This document shows, piece by piece, positions 8,754-15,615 of a stretch of DNA of 39,261 nt. Every line of letters starts with the position of its first letter. Position 1 is the first letter of the stretch. The notes below the pieces were generated by a model. The model had not been told where the DNA came from and made no database searches. It was given only the letters and a program-made list of their open reading frames with translations. Origin of the DNA: an uncultured Candidatus Saccharibacteria bacterium (GTDB taxonomy: Bacteria > Patescibacteriota > Minisyncoccia > Phycocordibacterales > UBA918); the NCBI GenBank assembly GCA_964655825.1, contig CAZZPW010000002.1, positions 6,813 through 46,073 on the forward strand, in the 5' to 3' direction. The position numbers and the translations under genes were made by a program.

Positions 8754-9863
8754 TTACCGACTTCGTAAACGCCGTACCGCCACCTCAGCCAAGGCACCGG
8801 CAGCGATAACACTAAGCGCGAACACCACCATCAGCCCTACCACCGGTAGTAGCAAGAGTACCTGTAAGACCACTACACCGAGTAAAATTGCAAAGGGTTG
8901 CAGGGTGGGCGCGCCTCCGAGTAACCGCCACAATAGTACACCAAGTATCATTGGTGCAATACTGTAGCTTAACGCGAGCACAACTAACAGGAGACCGAGA
9001 CCACTCAGGCCGACCACCAAGCCAAGGACCGTCGCCAACAGAAAGACGGCTACCAACGGGCCGGCAAACACTATCGCAACACCAATAAACGAGGCGCGCA
9101 CACTCTGCGTCAGCGCTTGGCTCACGACCGCGCTCATAAAACTACGACCCAGTAAGTACAGAACGAGACTACCGAAGAGCATTATTAAAAGCGGCAGTAC
9201 TCGTTCGGTCACGTTCACCGAATCCTCTAGTATAGGGAGTGAGCTGGCCACCAGCTCGCCATCAATTACGGCGTCGGGCGCCCGCACCAGTTCGTTTGCA
9301 CTACGGTACGTGACATCTCCACGCACTGACGCGCGTGCACCCAACGTAAGTCCCTGGCGGGCCGTCACTTGTACCACCTCACCCACCGTGGTATCGATGC
9401 GCAACCGTTCAGACTGTCCGAGCACCGACCCGCCAACCGGCCCATTAATCTCCCCTTCTCCACCGAAGAAGTACACATCGCCAGCAATCGTCGCTGAGGG
9501 TAATACGGTGAGCATGCCGCCAATCACAAACACATCTCCACCCACGTCCCCGGCTACTTGCATCTCTCCACCGATAATACGTAGGTCGTCACCAATATCA
9601 CCATCGACATCAACCCGACCCCCTAAGACGGTTAAATCAGCATCTACGTTGCCCTGGGCCGTTACATCACCGCCAACGGCATACATATCACCCGCAATAC
9701 GCCCGGTATGCACGATACTACCACCGAGGGCATAGAAATCGCTCTCTACTACCTGGTCGGTAGCAATTACTACTGACTCACCGGTCCGAACTACCGTCTC
9801 TGCCTGCACGGCTACCGGTACAAAAACGGAGTATAGGAAGATGAGGAGAATACCGCGCCGCAT
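8754..9863 (-). CDS. secreted bactofilin-like (polymer-forming, beta-helical repeat) protein with a C-terminal multi-TM domain
   Basis: Signal peptide MRRGILLIFLYSVFVPVAVQA, then degenerate GGxVxVxGxVxGDL repeats (GGDVTAQGNVDADLTVLGGRVDVDGDIGDDLRIIGGEMQVAGDVGGDV), then 4-5 TM helices. The start at 9863 lies 4 nt after the upstream stop. The 9974 extension is rejected. Confidence 0.55.
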   Translation of the reverse strand: MRRGILLIFLYSVFVPVAVQAETVVRTGESVVIATDQVVESDFYALGGSIVHTGRIAGDMYAVGGDVTAQGNVDADLTVLGGRVDVDGDIGDDLRIIGGEMQVAGDVGGDVFVIGGMLTVLPSATIAGDVYFFGGEGEINGPVGGSVLGQSERLRIDTTVGEVVQVTARQGLTLGARASVRGDVTYRSANELVRAPDAVIDGELVASSLPILEDSVNVTERVLPLLIMLFGSLVLYLLGRSFMSAVVSQALTQSVRASFIGVAIVFAGPLVAVFLLATVLGLVVGLSGLGLLLVVLALSYSIAPMILGVLLWRLLGGAPTLQPFAILLGVVVLQVLLLLPVVGLMVVFALSVIAAGALAEVAVRRLRSR

Positions 9864-9867
9864 AGTC

Positions 9868-10647
9868 TTATGAGTGTTCGGTCGCGCCGTTACCTGTAAT
9901 TTCTTCGGTGTGTTCTTTGTAACTCTCGTCAGCCGCTGCGATAGCCTCGTTTTCGCGCTCAATCCGTTCCTCAACTTTTTTGATAGTTGACTCGGCGATG
10001 TGCTGTTTTTCGTAGAGATTCATTAATGAGAACGTAACAAACGCAGAAAAAATAATACCGAAAAAGTTCAGGAGGAGAAGTATCAGCGAACCGCCAATCA
10101 CTTGAAGGTTTAATTGCGCAATACCAATGCCAACCACTGCCAGTGGTGGGATTAGCGCTACCGAGATAGCAATACCAGGCAAGGTTTCACTCCATTCAGG
10201 CTGTCCGAGCACAAACGATACCGCCGCGCCAGCAACCAACGCCACAAAAAAATATAAGATGCCGGGCTCAATTCGATGCTGAATTTCATTGGTGAGAACA
10301 AATCCGCCAGCATCAATCTGACTAAAAATAATGGTAGCAACTGTGGCTAAGGCAATACCGATACCAAACGACTTGGTAAGGGTGACCATAGAGCGACCTA
10401 ACACACTCGGGTTACTCATAACCAGCCCGAGCGCAATACCCAGAACCGGGTACAGTACCGGAGCAATCAACATACTACCTATTACCACAGCGGGGCTATC
10501 AAGCAGAAGGCCGAAGGTAGCCATCAAAACCGCTAAGCCAGTAATATAGAAAAAATCAAAGTCGGGGGTGCTGTTCTCCATCAGTTTACGGACCACAGCT
10601 GCTTTATCGTTCTCTTCAATACTCTGAAAACGGGCAAAAATTGACAT
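9868..10647 (-). CDS. DUF389-family integral membrane protein
   Basis: DFDFFYITGLAVLMATFGLLLDSPAVVIGSMLIAPVLYPVLG and the overall multi-TM layout resemble the DUF389/TIGR00341 family. Confidence 0.6.
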   Translation of the reverse strand: MSIFARFQSIEENDKAAVVRKLMENSTPDFDFFYITGLAVLMATFGLLLDSPAVVIGSMLIAPVLYPVLGIALGLVMSNPSVLGRSMVTLTKSFGIGIALATVATIIFSQIDAGGFVLTNEIQHRIEPGILYFFVALVAGAAVSFVLGQPEWSETLPGIAISVALIPPLAVVGIGIAQLNLQVIGGSLILLLLNFFGIIFSAFVTFSLMNLYEKQHIAESTIKKVEERIERENEAIAAADESYKEHTEEITGNGATEHS

Positions 10648-10682
10648 AACAGAAACAATTACAGTATGTGCATACTAGCATA

Positions 10683-11096
10683 TTACCGACCCACACAGGG
10701 CAACAGACGAGCAGTTTCGAGCAGGGTGGGTGTATCTCCGGCCAAGACTGCCTGGTAGCGAGATTCGCCCAGCGTCTCGCGGGCACACGTGATTAAAGCT
10801 GGACTTAACACCATCTGCTCAACGTCAAACCCTAGAGCTTCGGCGGCCTGACGTTGTTCGGTGGTGAGTGGCAAGTCCCGTACTGGCACTCCGGACGTAG
10901 TGGGTGTCGCTGCCTGAGTGGGTACGGTGGTGGTACTGGTGACAATCTCAGCGGTAGTACTGGACGTCACCGAAGGCGATGACAACTCGTCGACCGCTGG
11001 CGCGTATAATGAGCGCTGCAAGTACCACCACACAATGACAACACACATAAGTGCGCCGAGCATTCCAATTAATCCACCCAAAATAAATTTTTTCAT
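10683..11096 (-). CDS. hypothetical membrane-anchored protein with a Thr/Ser-rich linker
   Basis: N-terminal TM helix, TSSTTAEIVTSTTTVPTQAATPTTS linker, and a ~70-aa C-terminal domain with 2 Cys. The ATG at 11096 is preferred over the GTG at 11102. Confidence 0.5.
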   Translation of the reverse strand: MKKFILGGLIGMLGALMCVVIVWWYLQRSLYAPAVDELSSPSVTSSTTAEIVTSTTTVPTQAATPTTSGVPVRDLPLTTEQRQAAEALGFDVEQMVLSPALITCARETLGESRYQAVLAGDTPTLLETARLLPCVGR

Positions 11097-11102
11097 ACGC
11101 AC

Positions 11103-11273
11103 CTACTGTTGCGCCACATATTCGACTGGTTGATGCAAGATAGTAATGAGCACCAGGGCAAACATCAGCAAGAACACCGCACCCGCCACTAATGCCACTC
11201 GCGGTCGCGAAATTTCATGTTCTCCGGTATACCAATTGCGAACAAAGAACCAGCCAAAAATTAATCGCCACAT
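11103..11273 (-). CDS. possible 56-aa single-TM protein (below the ORF-track cutoff)
   Basis: The minus strand encodes ATG..TAG: MWRLIFGWFFVRNWYTGEHEISRPRVALVAGAVFLLMFALVLITILHQPVEYVAQQ. It exactly fills the gap between two genes, 12 nt after the upstream stop and abutting the next gene. Confidence 0.35.
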   Translation of the reverse strand: MWRLIFGWFFVRNWYTGEHEISRPRVALVAGAVFLLMFALVLITILHQPVEYVAQQ

Positions 11274-11285
11274 AATCGTACTCTC

Positions 11286-12308
11286 TTATTCTACCGTAAA
11301 AAGTGCTTTACCGCGCTCCCACAACTCTGGATGACCGCGGTCAATTAACCAGTACCACCACTCTCCGCCCCACAAATACTGGCGATCAAACCGAGTTGCT
11401 TCGGCGTAGGTCAAAATATCTTCAAACTTTGCCAGGTCCATACGTGAAAATTGCGTATCGATATCAGTCTCAACGATAGGTGCAATCAGCCATGGTTCGG
11501 CCGACAGCTCAATTAAAAGGGTGTCCTGAGTGCCGTAGCGAAGTGCCATAAGACCCTCTTTAAGGCGGTAAAACCAGGGCGGTAGGATTGTCCGAAACTG
11601 GCCTAACTCTGGGTTCCAAAAGTGTACGTACACACTGGTACCAAACACATCACCATTACGCCAGGCCCCAGCCCACGTACCAAGATTGCCACTGTCGGTA
11701 ACTAAAATCGGACGCGAGTCATCGAGGCTGCGCACCAGGGCGACTTCTTCTCGGAGAAACGCCTCGTCTGTTTCTCCACAGTGCTCAAACGCAAATACTT
11801 CTAGGAATGGCTCGTTCTCAACTTGCCAGAGCGTAATAGCCGGACTGTCCTGATACCGTTGGACTACCACTTCAATGTACTCCAGAATCTCTGCTTGTTG
11901 CTCTGCCCACGTCATATCACGTGCCCACGTAGGAATATGACACTCCGGCCAGCGCGGTAGACGACGCCCAACCGCCAAGACCACCTCTGCACCAACTGCT
12001 TCTGCCCGGGCCACTTGGTAGTCAAGTTCTTCGAAGTTATACACATCATTACGTGGTTCCACCATCGGCCAGTGTGCCGCCAAGCGTAGGTGGCGAACAC
12101 CTAGGTCGTCTAAAAAGGCATCGTACACTTCTTGCCAATCGAGGCCGAGCTCGCGAGCGTAGGGAGTATTAAACGACATACCATAGGTAATCTGAGCAGG
12201 TATCGGTTTTTGGATAAGCCACAGTACCGCGACAATGCTCGCCAACGCAATACATACAAGCATGAGTACGGTCCAAAAAATATACGGATGTCGCTGGCGC
12301 CAACTCAT
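11286..12308 (-). CDS. membrane-anchored glycoside hydrolase, clan GH-A (GH5/GH42-like TIM barrel)
   Basis: N-terminal TM helix; HLRLAAHWPMVEP; acid/base-type motif WQVENEPF; candidate nucleophile in LLIELSAEPW. The ATG at 12308 forms an ATGA overlap with the upstream stop. Confidence 0.6.
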   Translation of the reverse strand: MSWRQRHPYIFWTVLMLVCIALASIVAVLWLIQKPIPAQITYGMSFNTPYARELGLDWQEVYDAFLDDLGVRHLRLAAHWPMVEPRNDVYNFEELDYQVARAEAVGAEVVLAVGRRLPRWPECHIPTWARDMTWAEQQAEILEYIEVVVQRYQDSPAITLWQVENEPFLEVFAFEHCGETDEAFLREEVALVRSLDDSRPILVTDSGNLGTWAGAWRNGDVFGTSVYVHFWNPELGQFRTILPPWFYRLKEGLMALRYGTQDTLLIELSAEPWLIAPIVETDIDTQFSRMDLAKFEDILTYAEATRFDRQYLWGGEWWYWLIDRGHPELWERGKALFTVE

Positions 12309-13237
12309 ACAAACAAGAACGCAAAACCGATACAAATGATAATCACGTAGGCAGTCTTGCGGACGATGGTCTTGGTGGCAAAATCACGCTCACCAACCAC
12401 CACCGGTAGGTAGCGACCAAATAGTAAGGTGAGGAAAATGATAAAGACAAACTTAAGCCCATCGAGCGCTTGCACCACTGCCACACTTCCCCAATCGGTC
12501 GCTTTAAGGAGCATAAACGCAGCAATCCCAGCGAGTATCTTCGCCAATAAGACAAGCGCCCCACCACGGGCATTGGCCTGTTTCGTTTGCTCACGAATTT
12601 TGTTCCAGTACACCGGCACCAACAGGAGCGAGAGCGCAAACAGTACAAAGCCAACGCGCGACCAAAAGAAACCATCGTCAAACGATGTCTCCAGGAAGAG
12701 TCCTTTGAGCGTAATGTAGTGGAGCGAGAAGAAAATCCCACTCTGTAGCGAAAGCATCACGGTGGTCCCCCGCAGGCGCATCTCTGAGACCAAAAACGTA
12801 CCTATCGACAGTAATACGATACCCCAGATGAAGTTCGCAGAGAGCGCACCGTCAAGAAACAGGTACGACATGCCAAAGGTTGATAGTGCTGATATAGCCC
12901 CAATGACCGGTAACACATCTGAAGCATCGGCTTTCTTAAGCGCGCTGTACATACCTACCAACGCCATAAAGAAGGTGTACCCTGCCAAAAAGGCCATTCC
13001 GACCACTTGGATACTCGGGGTTTGGATATTTGCAAACTGTGGCACGCCGAGGGCGGACATGCCGGGAATGAGACCAAGTAGAAACACAAACACCCATCCG
13101 CCCGTGATGAGGCACGAGTAAAACGCGTAGACAAACGGCTTCGGCAAAACCCGTTCATCAGACACGATATACTTGTCGAGAATTGCGACTATGGCATTAA
13201 TAAATTGCCCCGCCGCTGCGACTAGAATCCAGGCCAT
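12305..13237 (-). CDS. DMT-superfamily (EamA-like) membrane protein
   Basis: 310 aa with about 10 TM helices arranged as two 5-TM halves. Confidence 0.5.
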   Translation of the reverse strand: MAWILVAAAGQFINAIVAILDKYIVSDERVLPKPFVYAFYSCLITGGWVFVFLLGLIPGMSALGVPQFANIQTPSIQVVGMAFLAGYTFFMALVGMYSALKKADASDVLPVIGAISALSTFGMSYLFLDGALSANFIWGIVLLSIGTFLVSEMRLRGTTVMLSLQSGIFFSLHYITLKGLFLETSFDDGFFWSRVGFVLFALSLLLVPVYWNKIREQTKQANARGGALVLLAKILAGIAAFMLLKATDWGSVAVVQALDGLKFVFIIFLTLLFGRYLPVVVGERDFATKTIVRKTAYVIIICIGFAFLFV

Positions 13238-13273
13238 TACCGTAATTATGGCATTTTGTAGATTTCGTGCGGC

Positions 13274-14509
13274 CTACTTTCCCCCACTATCGGGAATACC
13301 GTTGGCGTCTATAATGTCTTTGTATACCCACGCACTCGGGCGAATCGTTCGCTCGAGCGTGTCGTAGTTAATGGCGACCAACCCAAAGCACTTCTGGGTG
13401 CCTAAGGCCCACTCATAGTTGTCGATCAGGCTCCAGTACATATGCCCCCGCACATCAATGCCGTCATCAAGCGCGCGTTTGGTGGCTCGTATTTGTTCGG
13501 TGATGTAGGCCGCCCGTCGCGTATCCGTTCGGTCAGCCAAACCTGCTTCAGAGATAAATATCGGCTTACGGTAGCGTGTTAGTAATTTGAGCGAGCCGTA
13601 TATGCCTTCAGGATATATATCCCAATCCATATCAGTCTTATCATATTCAGCTCGATCACCGAACTTTTTATGGAAGTAGTAATTTAAGCCGATTGAATCG
13701 ATTGTATGTCGTACCCGTCGCATATATACATGCGTCCACATCCGGTTTGCCACCCACGCACGAAGCATATTGTAGGGATTCCAGTTCGCATGAAAATAAA
13801 TCACATGCTTTACAACGCCCACATCAAGATTAGGTTGACTGGCTTTAATCAATGTATACGCTTCGTTGTGGGCACGTGCCAGGTTACGGAGTACGCGTCG
13901 GTAGAGAAATAGCGGGCGAATGCCACGATTTGCTCGGGATTCGTATGTTCGACCCGAGTTTGTGATCGAAACGAAGTCGGTAGCGGCAAAACGTTTAAAT
14001 GGAGGCCAACTACCTCGCAGCCACCCATTACTGGCATACACATTTGGCTCGTTCATAGTCGAGAAGTGCGTACAGAGGTCGCCCAACTCCTTAGCCACAA
14101 AGGCACAGTAGCGAGCGAAGACTTGTGGCGCGTCGGCCCGTTCAAATCCACCCCGTTTGGCAAACCACTGGGGCAGCGTAAAGTGCCAGAGCGTTACAAA
14201 CGGTTCAATATTGCGAGCCCGCAAGGCTTTCAAGACTGCTCGGTAGTGCTCAATTTCGGCAAAATCCCACTTCCCTTCTTCTGGCTCAATGCGCGCCCAT
14301 TCAATCGAAAACCGGTGGGCATTATGACCAAGCTCTTTAGCAATATCAAAATCTTCTTCGTACCGGTGGTAGTGATCGGCTAAACGGCCAGCCGGTGGCA
14401 CCTTCCCATCCCGTGCGGCTTGCGCCCAATCGGTATTCTCGTTCCAGCCTTCGACTTGGTACGAGGCGGTGGCGGCACCCCAATAAAAATTTTTTGGAAA
14501 TGATTTCAT
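13274..14509 (-). CDS. GH1 beta-glucosidase
   Basis: FPKNFYWGAATASYQVEGW N-terminal signature, acid/base TMNEPNVY, nucleophile region FISEAGLAD. The ATG at 14509 is preferred over the TTG at 14515. Confidence 0.9.
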   Translation of the reverse strand: MKSFPKNFYWGAATASYQVEGWNENTDWAQAARDGKVPPAGRLADHYHRYEEDFDIAKELGHNAHRFSIEWARIEPEEGKWDFAEIEHYRAVLKALRARNIEPFVTLWHFTLPQWFAKRGGFERADAPQVFARYCAFVAKELGDLCTHFSTMNEPNVYASNGWLRGSWPPFKRFAATDFVSITNSGRTYESRANRGIRPLFLYRRVLRNLARAHNEAYTLIKASQPNLDVGVVKHVIYFHANWNPYNMLRAWVANRMWTHVYMRRVRHTIDSIGLNYYFHKKFGDRAEYDKTDMDWDIYPEGIYGSLKLLTRYRKPIFISEAGLADRTDTRRAAYITEQIRATKRALDDGIDVRGHMYWSLIDNYEWALGTQKCFGLVAINYDTLERTIRPSAWVYKDIIDANGIPDSGGK

Positions 14510-14640
14510 ACACAATTTTTATTGGCTCTTACAGAGGCAGTACACCCTGTCATCATTTTCTGCGAAAATGCTAGGCACGGTCTTGCAAAAGCGTCCCACG
14601 CTTTCTCACCCCACAAGAATCCTTCAGGAAATTTGTTCAT
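14506..14640 (-). CDS. doubtful 44-codon upstream ORF starting with a GH1-like N-terminal module
   Basis: MNKFPEGFLWGEKAWDAFARPCLAFSQKMMTGCTASVRANKNCV. Its TGA overlaps the GH1 ATG (ATGA), and its ATG overlaps the TGA of the upstream repeat ORF (ATGA). Confidence 0.25.
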   Translation of the reverse strand: MNKFPEGFLWGEKAWDAFARPCLAFSQKMMTGCTASVRANKNCV

Positions 14641-14963
14641 ACATTGTTGTCTTTAGGAGGTGCCGGCTGATTACAGCAGCGGTTCAGGTTATCAATATTT
14701 TTATTCAAAAACAGTAGGCAACCTCTTGCGACAGTCCCCCGCTGTCTCTGCTTACAGCAGCGGTTCAGGTTGTCGCTACTATTGCTCGTTACCTCGCATA
14801 GTAGCAGGCAACCTCTTGCGACAGTCCCCCGCTGTCTCTGCTTACAGCAGCGGTTCAGGTTGTCGCTACTATTGCTCGTTACCTCGCATAGTAGCAGGCA
14901 ACCTCTTGCGACAGTCCCCCGGACTGTCTCACCCCAGTAAAAATTTTCAGGGTACGTAGTCAT
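14637..14963 (-). CDS. doubtful 108-codon ORF running through the tandem repeats (Cys-rich 30-aa units)
   Basis: MTTYPENFYWGETV followed by 2 x RGTVARGCLLLCEVTSNSSDNLNRCCKQRQ and a 27-aa variant unit. The repeat periods of 81 and 90 nt keep the frame. A -10 box lies 6 nt upstream of the ATG. It could equally be a structured RNA leader. Confidence 0.3.
   Translation of the reverse strand: MTTYPENFYWGETVRGTVARGCLLLCEVTSNSSDNLNRCCKQRQRGTVARGCLLLCEVTSNSSDNLNRCCKQRQRGTVARGCLLFLNKNIDNLNRCCNQPAPPKDNNV
14671..14931. repeat. tandem repeat, three units (81, 90, ~90 nt) with internal hairpins
   Basis: TTACAGCAGCGGTTCAGGTT occurs at 14671, 14752 and 14842. The stretch 14716..14831 is identical to 14806..14921. 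Hairpins lie at 14768..14813 and 14820..14836 in unit 2, and again 90 nt further on. Confidence 0.95.
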
Positions 14964-14969
14964 GTCTTC

Positions 14970-14997
14970 AGTATAGCTTACCAAATTAGGGTACCAA
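14970..14997 (-). promoter_or_regulatory. candidate sigma70-type promoter inside the 3' end of the upstream gene
   Basis: On the minus strand: TTGGTA (14997..14992), a 16-nt spacer, TATACT (14975..14970), 6 nt, then the ATG at 14963. Confidence 0.4.
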
Positions 14998-15613
14998 TAG
15001 CGGCTGTACACGCTACACCAAAGAGTATGTACTCTACTCCCGACACCCAATTCAAATTGTAATACCAATACGGAACCCAATCATCAACACCCCACCGTGT
15101 GATGTATTGCGGCAGTTCATCTGCCGACCAGCTTATGATGGGTCGCAACCGACGCTCTTCAACCGACAATCGCTCCCAATCTCCGTCTACTTGTAATAGG
15201 TGTTTTAAACGATTTACACGCCGACCAAGTACCTTATAGTTTCGGTTTGAGAGTGGCCATAATACCTTTAGTCCCCAGCCTGTTCCGTATAAATCATTTA
15301 TCAAATGAAGTAAGACAGCGAAGGTTAGTACCCAGCCCCAGTATCCAACAAACCAGACTGCTAGAGCCATAAGACCCACCGCAAAAACTGGGTAGTGCAA
15401 AAAGGTTCTATGGTCAGCACTATGCACTGCTGAAGCAGCAACTCGACCTCGTCGCAATAGCTCAGGTAAAGCATCAATGTCTGGTACGTGCGAAAGGAGA
15501 AGACCAATTAGAAAATGCCACCACAGGACGTCGACACCGGTCACCCAACTCGCGAGCAATACTGCAAATATGCCGTTTGCCCAGTCAGCGAGTAATACAA
15601 CAACCTGCTTCAT
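14978..15613 (-). CDS. membrane-bound metal-dependent hydrolase, YdjM/DUF457-like
   Basis: 211 aa, multi-TM, with conserved-looking His/Asp positions (LLLSHVPDIDAL, ADHRTFLHYP, LLHLINDLYGTGWG). Confidence 0.6.
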   Translation of the reverse strand: MKQVVVLLADWANGIFAVLLASWVTGVDVLWWHFLIGLLLSHVPDIDALPELLRRGRVAASAVHSADHRTFLHYPVFAVGLMALAVWFVGYWGWVLTFAVLLHLINDLYGTGWGLKVLWPLSNRNYKVLGRRVNRLKHLLQVDGDWERLSVEERRLRPIISWSADELPQYITRWGVDDWVPYWYYNLNWVSGVEYILFGVACTAAIGTLIW

Positions 15614-15615
15614 AG

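Noticed and set aside
9864-9974. Upstream 37-codon extension of the bactofilin-like ORF.
   Set aside because: It overlaps the end of the DUF389 gene. The internal Met at 9863 gives a clean signal peptide and lies 4 nt after the DUF389 stop.
14768-14813. The plus-strand hairpin GGTTGTCGCTAC...GTAGCAGGCAACC resembles, from memory, the RAT antiterminator element of bgl/sac operons (GGnTTGTTACTG...GCAGGCAAnACC). That is tempting because a GH1 gene is adjacent.
   Set aside because: The resemblance is on the strand antisense to the GH1 gene. The loop is much larger than in RAT elements. No BglG/LicT-type antiterminator or PTS gene is present in the window. The shared GCAGGCAA may be chance, and it would need a covariance-model scan to revisit.
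14671-14931. The array looks like CRISPR: a ~55-nt conserved segment alternates with 26-35-nt variable segments.
   Set aside because: There are only three units. Two of the 'spacers' are identical to each other, the repeat is far longer than CRISPR repeats, and there are no cas genes. It is a simple tandem duplication.
14964-15080. N-terminal 39 codons of the 147-aa ORF 14637..15080.
   Set aside because: This part overlaps the 3' end of the YdjM-like gene in another frame. The repeat ORF, if real, more plausibly starts at ATG 14963, just after that gene's stop and 6 nt after a -10 box.
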